From: Candidatus Helarchaeota archaeon
GTDB taxonomy: Archaea > Asgardarchaeota > Lokiarchaeia > Helarchaeales > RDOG01
Assembly (NCBI GenBank): GCA_019058315.1
Contig: JAHPZH010000004.1
Coordinates: forward strand, 320,001-384,000
DNA: 64,000 nucleotides
Direction of reading: 5' to 3'
Under the pieces are notes generated by a model. The model made no database searches, had not been told where the DNA came from, and saw only the letters and a list, made by a program, of their open reading frames with translations. This document shows positions 39,396-48,852 of the stretch, in pieces (the stretch's first letter is position 1; every line of letters begins with the position of its first letter). Both the position numbers and the translations under genes were made by a program.

Positions 39396-39911
39396 TTGAC
39401 TGAGACACATTACGTATATAAGGTGGTAATAATAGGGGATTTCGCAGTGGGAAAAACCAGTCTTATAAAAGAATATATGGAGAAAACGTTCCAATACGAT
39501 TATAAACCCACTATAGGTGCTAATATAGCTAAGAAAGATTTTGAGATTCCTAAAAGTAAAGCTGTGGCATCAGTCAATTTTTGGGATATTGCAGGACAAA
39601 AAATGTTCGCTACTCTTCACCGTCCATTTTTTGAAGGTGCAAATGGAGTCTTAATAGTCTATGATGTCACCCGACCAGATTCTTTTAATAATCTAGGTAA
39701 TTGGTTTAATGATTTTAAGAAAATCGTAAAATCTGATATTCCAGGAGTTATTGTTGGGAATAAAATTGATTTGAAACGGGAAGTAAAAACCAAACAAGGA
39801 AAAAAATATGCAGATTCCATAGGATTTTATTTTATTGAGACATCTGCAAAGGAAAATAAAAATGTAGAAGACGCGTTTCGATATATTTTATCAAATATAT
39901 TACCAAAATAA
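39396..39911 (+). CDS. Rab-like small GTPase 1
   Basis: GDFAVGKT, PTIG, WDIAGQ, GNKID, ETSAK; no C-terminal prenylation Cys. Confidence 0.95.
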   Translation: MTETHYVYKVVIIGDFAVGKTSLIKEYMEKTFQYDYKPTIGANIAKKDFEIPKSKAVASVNFWDIAGQKMFATLHRPFFEGANGVLIVYDVTRPDSFNNLGNWFNDFKKIVKSDIPGVIVGNKIDLKREVKTKQGKKYADSIGFYFIETSAKENKNVEDAFRYILSNILPK

Positions 39912-39929
39912 ATAAAATGAGGAAATATA

Positions 39930-40445
39930 ATGAGTTATAAAAAATTTACATTTAAAATAACCCTTATCGGGGATGGAGCAGTTGGCAAAACTAGCTTAAT
40001 AACCGCCTACATAGAAAAAAGGTTTAAATTCGATTATTTGCCTACCTTTGGCGCTAATATTATGAAAAAAGACTTTGCAATTCCTGAAAAAAATGCGGTA
40101 GCTAGTATAAATTTCTGGGATATTGCAGGGCAACCTTCTTTTAAATCTCTTCATAAAACATTTTTTGGAGGATCAAACGGAACTCTCCTTGTCTTTGATG
40201 TAACACAACCACATACGTTTGAGAGTTTGGCAGAGTGGCATAAAAGATTTAAAAAATTTGGATCTAAAAAAGCTCCTGGAGTAGTTGTAGCAAATAAAAT
40301 TGATTTAAAGCGAAAAATAAAAACCGATCAAGCGAAAGCTTTTGCAGATAAAATTGGTTATTACTATATCGAAACCTCTGCACTCCAAAATCGCAATGTC
40401 ACGGAGGCATTCCAATATTTATTAGATAATTTATTACCAAAATAA
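39930..40445 (+). CDS. Rab-like small GTPase 2 (tandem paralogue)
   Basis: GDGAVGKT, PTFG, WDIAGQ, ANKID, ETSAL. Confidence 0.95.
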   Translation: MSYKKFTFKITLIGDGAVGKTSLITAYIEKRFKFDYLPTFGANIMKKDFAIPEKNAVASINFWDIAGQPSFKSLHKTFFGGSNGTLLVFDVTQPHTFESLAEWHKRFKKFGSKKAPGVVVANKIDLKRKIKTDQAKAFADKIGYYYIETSALQNRNVTEAFQYLLDNLLPK

Positions 40446-40660
40446 TAAATTTCATTTAAAAATCTCCCTTTTCTTTTCAACAATTGTCATATCTAGTTTA
40501 ATTACCCTATCCAAGGATTATAAATCATATTTTATTAACGAAAAAAAATTCCATCATTGAAATTTGATTGTAAATACAATATTTATATAAAATAGAAAAG
40601 TATATAAAGACAAAATCCATATTTTAATTAATCAAAAAAGAAAAAGTATGGATGAAAAAA

Positions 40661-40825
40661 ATGGATAGTTTAAGTATTAGTAAAAAAAGAATCATTAATT
40701 TAGGAAGTAATTGCGATTTAGGTTGTAAATACGCAAAAGATTTATTTTTCGGTAAAATTTATTGTAAAAGATATGGATGGATATCTAAAAACGTTAATTG
40801 CAAACATTATAAGCCAAGGAGATAA
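40661..40825 (+). CDS. 54-aa Cys4 microprotein (not in ORF track)
   Basis: Own translation MDSLSISKKRIINLGSNCDLGCKYAKDLFFGKIYCKRYGWISKNVNCKHYKPRR. Confidence 0.6.
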   Translation: MDSLSISKKRIINLGSNCDLGCKYAKDLFFGKIYCKRYGWISKNVNCKHYKPRR

Positions 40826-40845
40826 ATTTTAAGGAAGGGTAATAA

Positions 40846-40992
40846 ATGTTAAAATGTGTATCTTGCAGTAAAAATCTATCAGAAGAAGAATCTAAATCAA
40901 CTGATTCGATTTTTCCTACTTGTAGTGCATGTAACAATTTTGAGAAGTTGAATTTATTCGGATCTAAACAAATCAACTATATTTCTTTGTAA
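40846..40992 (+). CDS. 48-aa zinc-ribbon microprotein (not in ORF track)
   Basis: Own translation MLKCVSCSKNLSEEESKSTDSIFPTCSACNNFEKLNLFGSKQINYISL; CxxC-x18-CxxC; purine-rich RBS aaggaagggt. Confidence 0.65.
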   Translation: MLKCVSCSKNLSEEESKSTDSIFPTCSACNNFEKLNLFGSKQINYISL

Positions 40993-41006
40993 TAAAAAAG
41001 ATTATC

Positions 41007-41077
41007 GAATCTTTCCCTCGCTAACTTTACTTTTTCGTCCCTCCCCCCAAAACTCCCTCCGTTGCGAGGGAAGATTC
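41007..41077. ncRNA. GC-rich long hairpin, candidate structured RNA or regulatory element
   Basis: Arms GAATCTTTCCCTCGCTAAC / GTTGCGAGGGAAGATTC enclose a C-rich loop. Confidence 0.4.
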
Positions 41078-41384
41078 ACCCTTAAATTAAATGAAATGAA
41101 ATCTATTTAATTTGAATTAAGATTATAATAAGTGTTAAATCTTGATCAAAAATTTTTACAATTATAAAATTTTGAAATAGCTACCTCTCCAAAAAACTAT
41201 GACAAAAAAACTGACTTCTGAATATGAAAATTTTGTGTTGACATTTTGAGTAAAATAATTCAATTATATTATGTTCATATAAATTATTTTTCAGTGCTCA
41301 TATAGTCGACGAAAAAGCAATATCTTTATAAAAACTAAATGAAAATAATAAAATAACCAAAATTAAAATTTTGAGGAGAAAAAT

Positions 41385-41600
41385 ATGGCAAAAAAAAGAT
41401 ATTTCGCTTGGAGCCCACTTAGAAAAGTCATGGCTGATGCTGGAGCAAAAATCGTTGCAAGAGATGCACTAGGCACTCTTATTGCTTGGTTACAAGATGA
41501 AGCAGTAAGAATTTCAAAAAGAGCTTATGTTTTAGCTAAACATTCTAATCGAAAGAAAATTACAAAGGGCGATATAGATCTATCAATAAAAGGATATTAA
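41385..41600 (+). CDS. Archaeal histone
   Basis: FAWSPLRKVMADAGAKIVARDA...AKHSNRKKITKGDI histone fold; GAGGAG RBS; T-tract terminator. Confidence 0.92.
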   Translation: MAKKRYFAWSPLRKVMADAGAKIVARDALGTLIAWLQDEAVRISKRAYVLAKHSNRKKITKGDIDLSIKGY

Positions 41601-41706
41601 ACAATCCATTAAACTTTCTCTTTTTTTTTTATTTTAAAAATTTTAAGTATTTTTTTGGACATTTTTATTCAAAATTTTTTTATAATTTAGTATTATTTCT
41701 TTTCTG

Positions 41707-42507
41707 GTGAAATTTTTCATGAGCTCAATTCGAGAATCATTAAGTGCTCTCAAAAAGGTTTTTTTTTCAACTCGGAAAATGAAAATATTCTCGCTGTGGC
41801 TTATAATCGCTGTATTGCTAGAAGTGCTAATAATTGGAGCATCAAGAAATGAATTATTTATAGGATTTGTTAATTTTAACTTTGTAATTAAAGAGATTAA
41901 AAACCAAACTAACCAACTTATCGTTTTTATTTCAGTTATCTTATGTGCTATAAGCATGCTCGTATTTTGGTTGATTAGAGAAAAATTAACAAAATCAATT
42001 GAAAAGTGGGAAAAGAAACCAAGAACAAAATTTATACTCTTTGGAAGTTTAAGTGCATTATGGGTGGAATTCATTTTTTGGTTAGTTGAAAAATTATTTA
42101 GAACTGAGGGAGTGGCAGCAAGTCCAAATCTAATTCTGGATTGGTTAGTGACCATGCCTTGGTACATAATGATGATTACTTTGATTTGGAAGATCAATAC
42201 TCGTTATAAATATTCATTAATTGAACTTGCAGTATTTGGTGGTATATATGAATTAGCTGCAGATGGAGTGCTAGGTTTAATTTTTCAAGGACAACCTGCT
42301 CAAATTATTCTCCTCCCACTGGTATTTCCTATTTTTGTTATTGTATATTCTTATATGATACTACCCCCCACCATTTTAACCCGAAAAGAAATAGAAATGA
42401 CGAATTCTGTTCATTTAGATAGAGAAGATTCAAGAAAATTTAAATATGGACTTCTTCCATTATTGGGATTGATTCCTTATATCTTCTTGTTTATACTTAT
42501 GATCTAG
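41707..42507 (+). CDS. Multi-pass membrane protein
   Basis: ~7 hydrophobic segments; GGIYELAADG motif. Confidence 0.75.
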   Translation: MKFFMSSIRESLSALKKVFFSTRKMKIFSLWLIIAVLLEVLIIGASRNELFIGFVNFNFVIKEIKNQTNQLIVFISVILCAISMLVFWLIREKLTKSIEKWEKKPRTKFILFGSLSALWVEFIFWLVEKLFRTEGVAASPNLILDWLVTMPWYIMMITLIWKINTRYKYSLIELAVFGGIYELAADGVLGLIFQGQPAQIILLPLVFPIFVIVYSYMILPPTILTRKEIEMTNSVHLDREDSRKFKYGLLPLLGLIPYIFLFILMI

Positions 42508-42527
42508 TCAAAATGTACATTAATCAA

Positions 42528-42902
42528 TTATAAAGAAATTATTAATTGTCCTTCTTCTTGATATTCGAGCAAGAGATCGGCTACTTTGAAACTTGGTTCT
42601 AGTTTCACACCTTTCATTAACTCACTTTTATCAAGACCAATTATTTTAGCTGCAAGATCGCAGCATGTGAATTTTATTCCCATCTCAATGCATTCTATCA
42701 TTTCTTCTTCATATTGCATCCTGCCAACTTTTCCTTTCTTACCTAACAAAATGCCCATTGGTCCCCATAAAACAACGTGGACATCGAGCCCTTTCTTTTT
42801 ATAATATTTTGCAAAGCGTACTATCTCCATCGGGCTCGTGGACTCGTAAACCATGTTTTTTAACAATAGTAATACTTTAGTAACCTTTCCCAATTTTATC
42901 AA
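42528..42902 (-). CDS. DsrE/F-like protein
   Basis: VHVVLWGPMGI...GIKFTCCDLAAKIIG. Confidence 0.75.
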   Translation of the reverse strand: MIKLGKVTKVLLLLKNMVYESTSPMEIVRFAKYYKKKGLDVHVVLWGPMGILLGKKGKVGRMQYEEEMIECIEMGIKFTCCDLAAKIIGLDKSELMKGVKLEPSFKVADLLLEYQEEGQLIISL

Positions 42903-43002
42903 AATCCTATTTGCATCTTATTAATTTCATAAATAATAACTAATTTTTTATAATAATTATAAATAAATTATTTCGCATAGTTTAATTTCAATTTTTTATT
43001 AG

Positions 43003-44157
43003 GTGTTGAATTTGGAAGAATTTATTTTTTCAAAGGAAGAACTAGAATTCAGGAAAAACGTGATTGAATTTTCAGAAGAAAATATAGCCCCTCATGCACG
43101 AGAAATAGACGAAAAAAACGAGATTCCGCAATTAATTTTTGATGCTATGGGAAAACAAGGTTATTTTGGTTTAACAGTCCCAAAAGAATATGGTGGACTT
43201 GGAAAAGGTGTATTTTATCATTGTAATGTTACTGAAATTCTTGGTAAATATTCAGGTGCTGTCAGTATGGCTAGAAATGCCACCGTTTACTCCCTTACAC
43301 CTATTCAGATGTACGGTACACCGGAACAGAAGGAAAAATTTCTTCGCCCTTTAGCAGCAGGTAAATCATTAGGAAGTATTTGCATAACAGAACCTGAAGT
43401 CGGTTCAGATACGGCTAGGATGGAAACAAAAGCCGTTTTGGAAGGTGATGAATGGGTCATAAATGGTAAAAAACGATTTATTACTAATGGTGGACAAGGA
43501 CAGCATATAGTTTGGGCAATAACAAATCCAAATGCTGAACGACCACAAAAGGGAATGAGTTGTTTTATTGTACCTAAAGAAACGAAGGGATTAAGTGTAG
43601 AAAAACGCCATGACCTGCTTGGCATGCGTGGTGTTCATAATGTACAATTAAAATTTGAAAATGTAAGAATTCCCAAAGAACATTTGATAGGAAAAGAGAA
43701 TGAGGGATTTAATATTTTGATGAGAATGTTTGTAACGGAGAGAGCCACTGCAACAGCTGAGGCTACTGCTTTTATGTTAGGTGCAATAGAAACAGCTAAA
43801 AAATACTCTAAAGAAAGAGTTCAATTCGGTAGGCCAATAGCAAAATTTCAAGCCATTCGTTTCATGATTGCTGATATGGTGACGATATGCTATGCAGCTA
43901 GATTAATGTTATGGAATTTATGCAGACAAATAGATGCAGGTGGTAATCCTTTTAAGGAAGCAGCTATGTCGAAACTTTTTGCAAGTTCTCAAGGGATACA
44001 AATATGTCTTAATGCACTCCAAATATGTGGGGGAGACGGTTATACTAAAGAATATCCTGTTGAGCGATATTTAAGAGATATGAAGCTTATGCAAATCGGT
44101 GGGGGCACAGATCAAATTCAAAAACTAATAATAGCTAGAGAAGAGCTGGGAAGATAA
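43003..44157 (+). CDS. Acyl-CoA dehydrogenase
   Basis: ITEPEVGSD, INGKKRFITNGG, RVQFGRPIAKFQAI, GGDGYTKEYPVERYLRD. Confidence 0.95.
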   Translation: MLNLEEFIFSKEELEFRKNVIEFSEENIAPHAREIDEKNEIPQLIFDAMGKQGYFGLTVPKEYGGLGKGVFYHCNVTEILGKYSGAVSMARNATVYSLTPIQMYGTPEQKEKFLRPLAAGKSLGSICITEPEVGSDTARMETKAVLEGDEWVINGKKRFITNGGQGQHIVWAITNPNAERPQKGMSCFIVPKETKGLSVEKRHDLLGMRGVHNVQLKFENVRIPKEHLIGKENEGFNILMRMFVTERATATAEATAFMLGAIETAKKYSKERVQFGRPIAKFQAIRFMIADMVTICYAARLMLWNLCRQIDAGGNPFKEAAMSKLFASSQGIQICLNALQICGGDGYTKEYPVERYLRDMKLMQIGGGTDQIQKLIIAREELGR

Positions 44158-44167
44158 AAAAGAGAAT

Positions 44168-47100
44168 TTATAAATATTTTTCTACGAAGGTTTTAAATTC
44201 ATCCACATCTTTGAGAACATCAAAGTCAGGGTCTTCCATTGCTTGCTTTGCAAATTTAGGATTTAAATCTATTGCTTTTTTAATATAAGGCAGGGCGTGT
44301 TCCGGCTCATTTTTTAATGCATAAATACATGCGATATTATAATGTGCTGAACTATTAGTTGGCATCAGTTTAACTACTTCTTGAAAATCATTCATTGCTT
44401 CATCCAATTTATCCAAATTTAATAGATTGTAACCTCTTTCGAATAATGCTTTAGTATTTGTGGGATCTATATCAATCGCTTTAGTCCAACTTTCAATGGC
44501 TTCTTCTTTTCTATCTAATTTGACCAGCACAAAAGCTTTATTCGACCATGCTAATGCGTAGTCATTGTTAATCTCTATAGCTTTCTTATAACTATCAAGA
44601 GCTTCATTATATTTATCTAGATTTTCCTGACACACACCAAGATTATTCCAAGCTTTGTCATATTGAGGATTGAGCATTACTACTTCTGCAAAATCCTCTA
44701 ATGCAAGTTCATATTGTTTTAAATTCAAATACTGGAATCCTCTATCAAATATAGTTCGATAATCAGATGGATTGAGTGCTATTGATTTAGACCAACTTTC
44801 AATTGCCTCTTCTGGCTTGTCTAATGACAATAATGCATACCCTCGATTTGCCCACCCCAGAGCATAATCTTGTTTAATTTCTACTGCTTTATCATATGAT
44901 TTCAAAGCGTCTTCAAACTGTTTCATTTTCTCAAATGCATAACCACGGTTATTCCAACAAATATAATCATTTGGATCTATTTCTAATATTCTATCATAGA
45001 CCTTAATAGCCTCTGTGGCTTTTCCAGTATCTTCTAATACCGCCGCTTTGTTCAACAATGCTTTTGTATATTCTGGAAATATTTCTAATGCTTTGTTAAA
45101 TAATTCCAATGCTTCATCGAATTTTTTTTGTTTATGTAAAATAAGCCCCATGTTATTGTAGCCTCTGTAATAATTTGGATCAATTTCTATGGTCTTTTTA
45201 TAATTATCAAATGCTTTATCGAAATCTCCTAATTTCTCTAATAATATACCATAATTATTTAGAGCCGCTGTATATGATGAATTTAATTCTATACTTTTTT
45301 CATAGTATATTCTAGCTTCTTGTAATTTTCCTAAACGGACAAGCGCTTCTGCTGTATCATACCATGTATAGGAATCATTTGGATATATTTCCAGAGCTTT
45401 TTTAAATAACTCTAATGCTTCTTCCAAGTTTCCAAGGTCTTTCATAATGTAACCTTTGTCTATATATAATAAATCGTCTTTTGGATATTTTTCAATTAGA
45501 TTATTCAGAATTTGTAGCGCTTCATCTCTTCGGTTCATTTTTGTAAATATTTGAGCCTTGGTTCTCAAAGCAGCTTTATAATCCGGGTTAATTGTAAGAG
45601 CTTGTTCTATAAAATCTAATGCTTCATCTGTTTTACCCATTTTAAATAGTACAAATCCTTTGTTATATAGCGCAGCTGCATCTTTCGGTAAAATTTTAAG
45701 CCCTTGATCATATAAATCTAAAGCCTCTTCGTATCTTCTTAAATTTTGAAGGGTGAGAGCTTTATTAAAGTAATTAAAAGGTGCATTTGGTTCGAGCTCA
45801 ATACATTTCGTAAAGCATTTTAATGCTTCATCAAAATTCTTTTTGAAGTTTAAATACAACAATCCTAAATCATGATAGGCATATTTATAATTTGGATTTA
45901 GTTCTATTGCTTTTTTATAATTTTCAATCGCTTTATCTTTTTCTCCCATCCCATCAAGAGTAACTGCCTTATTATAATACGCAAAATCGCTATTGGGGTT
46001 CAATTCTAGAGCTTTTTCATAGGATTTTAAAGAATTTTCAGGTTCCTTAAGATCATCTAATACATTACCTCTATATACCCAAAATAAATCATCATCTGGA
46101 GCAAGTTCTACTAATTTTTCAAAAATTTCTAATGCTTCTCTTTTTTTATTACTTTTATTAAAAGCAAGAGCCTTGGCAAATAAAACTTCAATATTTTCTG
46201 GCTCCAATTTTAAAGCCTTATCATATAAAGCGATTGCTTTATCAATCTCACCTAAATCAATTAAAATCCTTCCTTTATTGATATATGCTTGAGTATTTGC
46301 TTCAGCATTAATAGAATCATCTAAATATTTTAAAGCCTCTTTTTTCATATCGAGCTCTGATAGAATTTTAGCTTTATAATTTAAAGCAAAAGTATATTTT
46401 GGGTTAATATTTATAGCTTCCTCTATGCATTTTAAAGCTTCATCTGTCTTTTTCAAATATTTATGTAAAAGACGCCCTTTATTGTACCAAGCAACATGAA
46501 AATGTGGATCTAGTTCTAAAACTTTATCATACATTTCAATAGACTCATCTATCTTTTCTTGACAGTCGAGTGAATAGGCTTTACGGAATAAAGTTTCTTG
46601 ATGATTTGGGATTCGTTTTAAAACTTCATCATATGCCTTTATTGCTTCCTCAAATTTTTCGCCAAGTTCTTGGCACCATCCTAAATTAAACCAAGCTTCA
46701 GCATAATCTGGGTTATTCTTTACTGCGTTCTCGTAGTATTTAATTGCCTCATTACAATTTTTTTCATCAAAATAGATGTTACCAATATTATAATAAGATA
46801 TATCATAATCGGGTTTAATTTCAATTGCTTTATTATAACATTCAAGAGCTTTCTCCTTATTATTTTGCCTGTAGTAAGCTAATCCCAAATTATTCCAAGC
46901 ATTATGAAATTTGGGATCAATTTCAATCGCTTTTTTACTGAATTCAATTGACTCTGCATATTTTTCTAATTGGATCGCTACATAGCCTTTTTTAAACCAG
47001 ATCAAAGCAGGATCTTTTGCTTCTTCCTCAGCCAAACTCTTATCTAAACAGGTCATTGCACCTTCAAAATCTCCTGTTTTTATACAATTCTCTGCTGATA

Positions 47101-47305
47101 CTAACCAAGCCTCTGAACTCTTATCATCTGGTAATTTCAAGGCTGCTAATCCTCTAGATAAAATATCAGTTGAAGTTTTCAAGCTTTCAGGTGCTGTTTT
47201 TTCCCAATCAAGATTTGCTGATATTTTATATTTCAATTGATCTCTAGGATGCCAAAATTTTTCCTTGATCTTAGCTCTTTCTTTTTCTTTTTCTTCCTCG
47301 CTCAT
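44168..47305 (-). CDS. Large TPR-repeat protein
   Basis: >25 canonical 34-aa TPRs; C-terminal AHYNIACIYAL...DPDF capping unit. Confidence 0.92.
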   Translation of the reverse strand: MSEEEKEKERAKIKEKFWHPRDQLKYKISANLDWEKTAPESLKTSTDILSRGLAALKLPDDKSSEAWLVSAENCIKTGDFEGAMTCLDKSLAEEEAKDPALIWFKKGYVAIQLEKYAESIEFSKKAIEIDPKFHNAWNNLGLAYYRQNNKEKALECYNKAIEIKPDYDISYYNIGNIYFDEKNCNEAIKYYENAVKNNPDYAEAWFNLGWCQELGEKFEEAIKAYDEVLKRIPNHQETLFRKAYSLDCQEKIDESIEMYDKVLELDPHFHVAWYNKGRLLHKYLKKTDEALKCIEEAININPKYTFALNYKAKILSELDMKKEALKYLDDSINAEANTQAYINKGRILIDLGEIDKAIALYDKALKLEPENIEVLFAKALAFNKSNKKREALEIFEKLVELAPDDDLFWVYRGNVLDDLKEPENSLKSYEKALELNPNSDFAYYNKAVTLDGMGEKDKAIENYKKAIELNPNYKYAYHDLGLLYLNFKKNFDEALKCFTKCIELEPNAPFNYFNKALTLQNLRRYEEALDLYDQGLKILPKDAAALYNKGFVLFKMGKTDEALDFIEQALTINPDYKAALRTKAQIFTKMNRRDEALQILNNLIEKYPKDDLLYIDKGYIMKDLGNLEEALELFKKALEIYPNDSYTWYDTAEALVRLGKLQEARIYYEKSIELNSSYTAALNNYGILLEKLGDFDKAFDNYKKTIEIDPNYYRGYNNMGLILHKQKKFDEALELFNKALEIFPEYTKALLNKAAVLEDTGKATEAIKVYDRILEIDPNDYICWNNRGYAFEKMKQFEDALKSYDKAVEIKQDYALGWANRGYALLSLDKPEEAIESWSKSIALNPSDYRTIFDRGFQYLNLKQYELALEDFAEVVMLNPQYDKAWNNLGVCQENLDKYNEALDSYKKAIEINNDYALAWSNKAFVLVKLDRKEEAIESWTKAIDIDPTNTKALFERGYNLLNLDKLDEAMNDFQEVVKLMPTNSSAHYNIACIYALKNEPEHALPYIKKAIDLNPKFAKQAMEDPDFDVLKDVDEFKTFVEKYL

Positions 47306-47481
47306 TTATTATCAACTACCATTTCAATTTTCATGATTTAATTAGAATATCAAAATTTTTTCTTATAATATTTCTTTCTTTTTCTTAGTCGTAAATTAAA
47401 AAACATTATTTTTATTATTATGTCATTCATTTAAAGGATTTTAATTTTTGAGTTTTCTTAAAAACAAAATGAGGAAAATTA

Positions 47482-48840
47482 ATGGAATTCGATTTGATAG
47501 TTGCTGGAGCTGATTGTACAGGAAGTACGGTTGCAAAATTAGTTGGAGAATCAGGATATTCCGTTTTATTAATTGATGAAAAAAGTGAGGAGGAATTAGG
47601 TAGACCATGGCATGATGCTGTATTTCCCTTTGTATTCGAAAAAATTGGTATAAAACCATTTGGGAAAGAACGTAAGGCAGCTAAAACTAAAATTTTTTCT
47701 CCAAATCAAAAGATCTCTGGTATTGTGGTTGGAGGAAGTGATTATTTAATTTCTCGTAAAGAATTATCAGCAAAACTGATTGGTTCGATTAAAAAAATGG
47801 ATAATATTGTTTTCAAGGATAAAACCGAAGTAATAAGACCTATTTTAAAAGATAATTCGGTTGTTGGTGTTGAACTCAATGAGATGGGAACAGTAAAACA
47901 ATATAAAAGTAACATTACAGTTGATGCAACGGGTTTTAAATCAGTCCTCAGAAAACAAATGCCAATAGAATCGGGCATAGATTCGAGTGATGTCGAAGAT
48001 TATGAATTATGTGTTGCTACGAAACAAATTCGAAAACGTAAAGAGGAGGATGTTGTTGGAGAATCTATTTGGGGTGTATATGGAGGTGGTATGTGGGTTA
48101 ATAATGATAGACCTGGAATTAGTGAAGTAGGGTTGAGATATCGAGGGGATCTAGATGTTAATATTAATGAAATATTGAATGAATTTAGCAAAAGTCGAAA
48201 ATATATAGATGATAAAATCATCACAGCAAGGACTGAATTGATACCAATGCGACGTAGTTACGATCAGCTAGTATCTGAAGGTTTTATGCTGGTTGGTGTT
48301 TCAGGCTGTCAATCCGATGCAATGTCAGGGATGGGCGTTTCTGCATCAGTATTAGCTGGAAGTTTAGCAGCCAAGACAATTATTAATGCAATTAAAGAAG
48401 AAAAATATGATATCAGAACGCTTTGGCCTTATCAGGTAGATTATATTAAAGAAAAGGGAGCTGAATATTCAGGATTAGATATAATGAAAAAGTATTTCCA
48501 ATATATTAATGAAGATGAATTTAATTTCCTATTTGAAAAAGAAATTGTAACTTTTGAGATAATTGAATATCTTGGAGGGAAAAAAGAGGCTACAGCAGAA
48601 ATTTCTTTTCGCCAAATATTTTTAAAATTTATGAAGGGGATGATGTATCGACCAAGATTAATGAATAGACTTCGAAAAGCTATTTCACAAGGCGAAAAGA
48701 TGAGAAAAATTTACGCGAAATTTCCAGAAAAATATGATAAACCCTTATTTGACAAATGGAAATTCAAAGTAGATAAATTAGTAAAGAAAGTTAAGAAAGA
48801 TTGTGGCAAGTTAGATGATGAGATCGAATATAAATCCTAA
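47482..48840 (+). CDS. Geranylgeranyl reductase-family flavoprotein (degenerate motifs)
   Basis: DLIVAGADCTGS, VDATGFKS, IPMRR...GFMLVG, GMGVSAS. Confidence 0.75.
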   Translation: MEFDLIVAGADCTGSTVAKLVGESGYSVLLIDEKSEEELGRPWHDAVFPFVFEKIGIKPFGKERKAAKTKIFSPNQKISGIVVGGSDYLISRKELSAKLIGSIKKMDNIVFKDKTEVIRPILKDNSVVGVELNEMGTVKQYKSNITVDATGFKSVLRKQMPIESGIDSSDVEDYELCVATKQIRKRKEEDVVGESIWGVYGGGMWVNNDRPGISEVGLRYRGDLDVNINEILNEFSKSRKYIDDKIITARTELIPMRRSYDQLVSEGFMLVGVSGCQSDAMSGMGVSASVLAGSLAAKTIINAIKEEKYDIRTLWPYQVDYIKEKGAEYSGLDIMKKYFQYINEDEFNFLFEKEIVTFEIIEYLGGKKEATAEISFRQIFLKFMKGMMYRPRLMNRLRKAISQGEKMRKIYAKFPEKYDKPLFDKWKFKVDKLVKKVKKDCGKLDDEIEYKS

Positions 48841-48852
48841 AAATAAACTAAT

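Noticed and set aside
41007-41077. SECIS element
   Set aside because: No AUGA/GA core, and no in-frame UGA in the adjacent small ORFs
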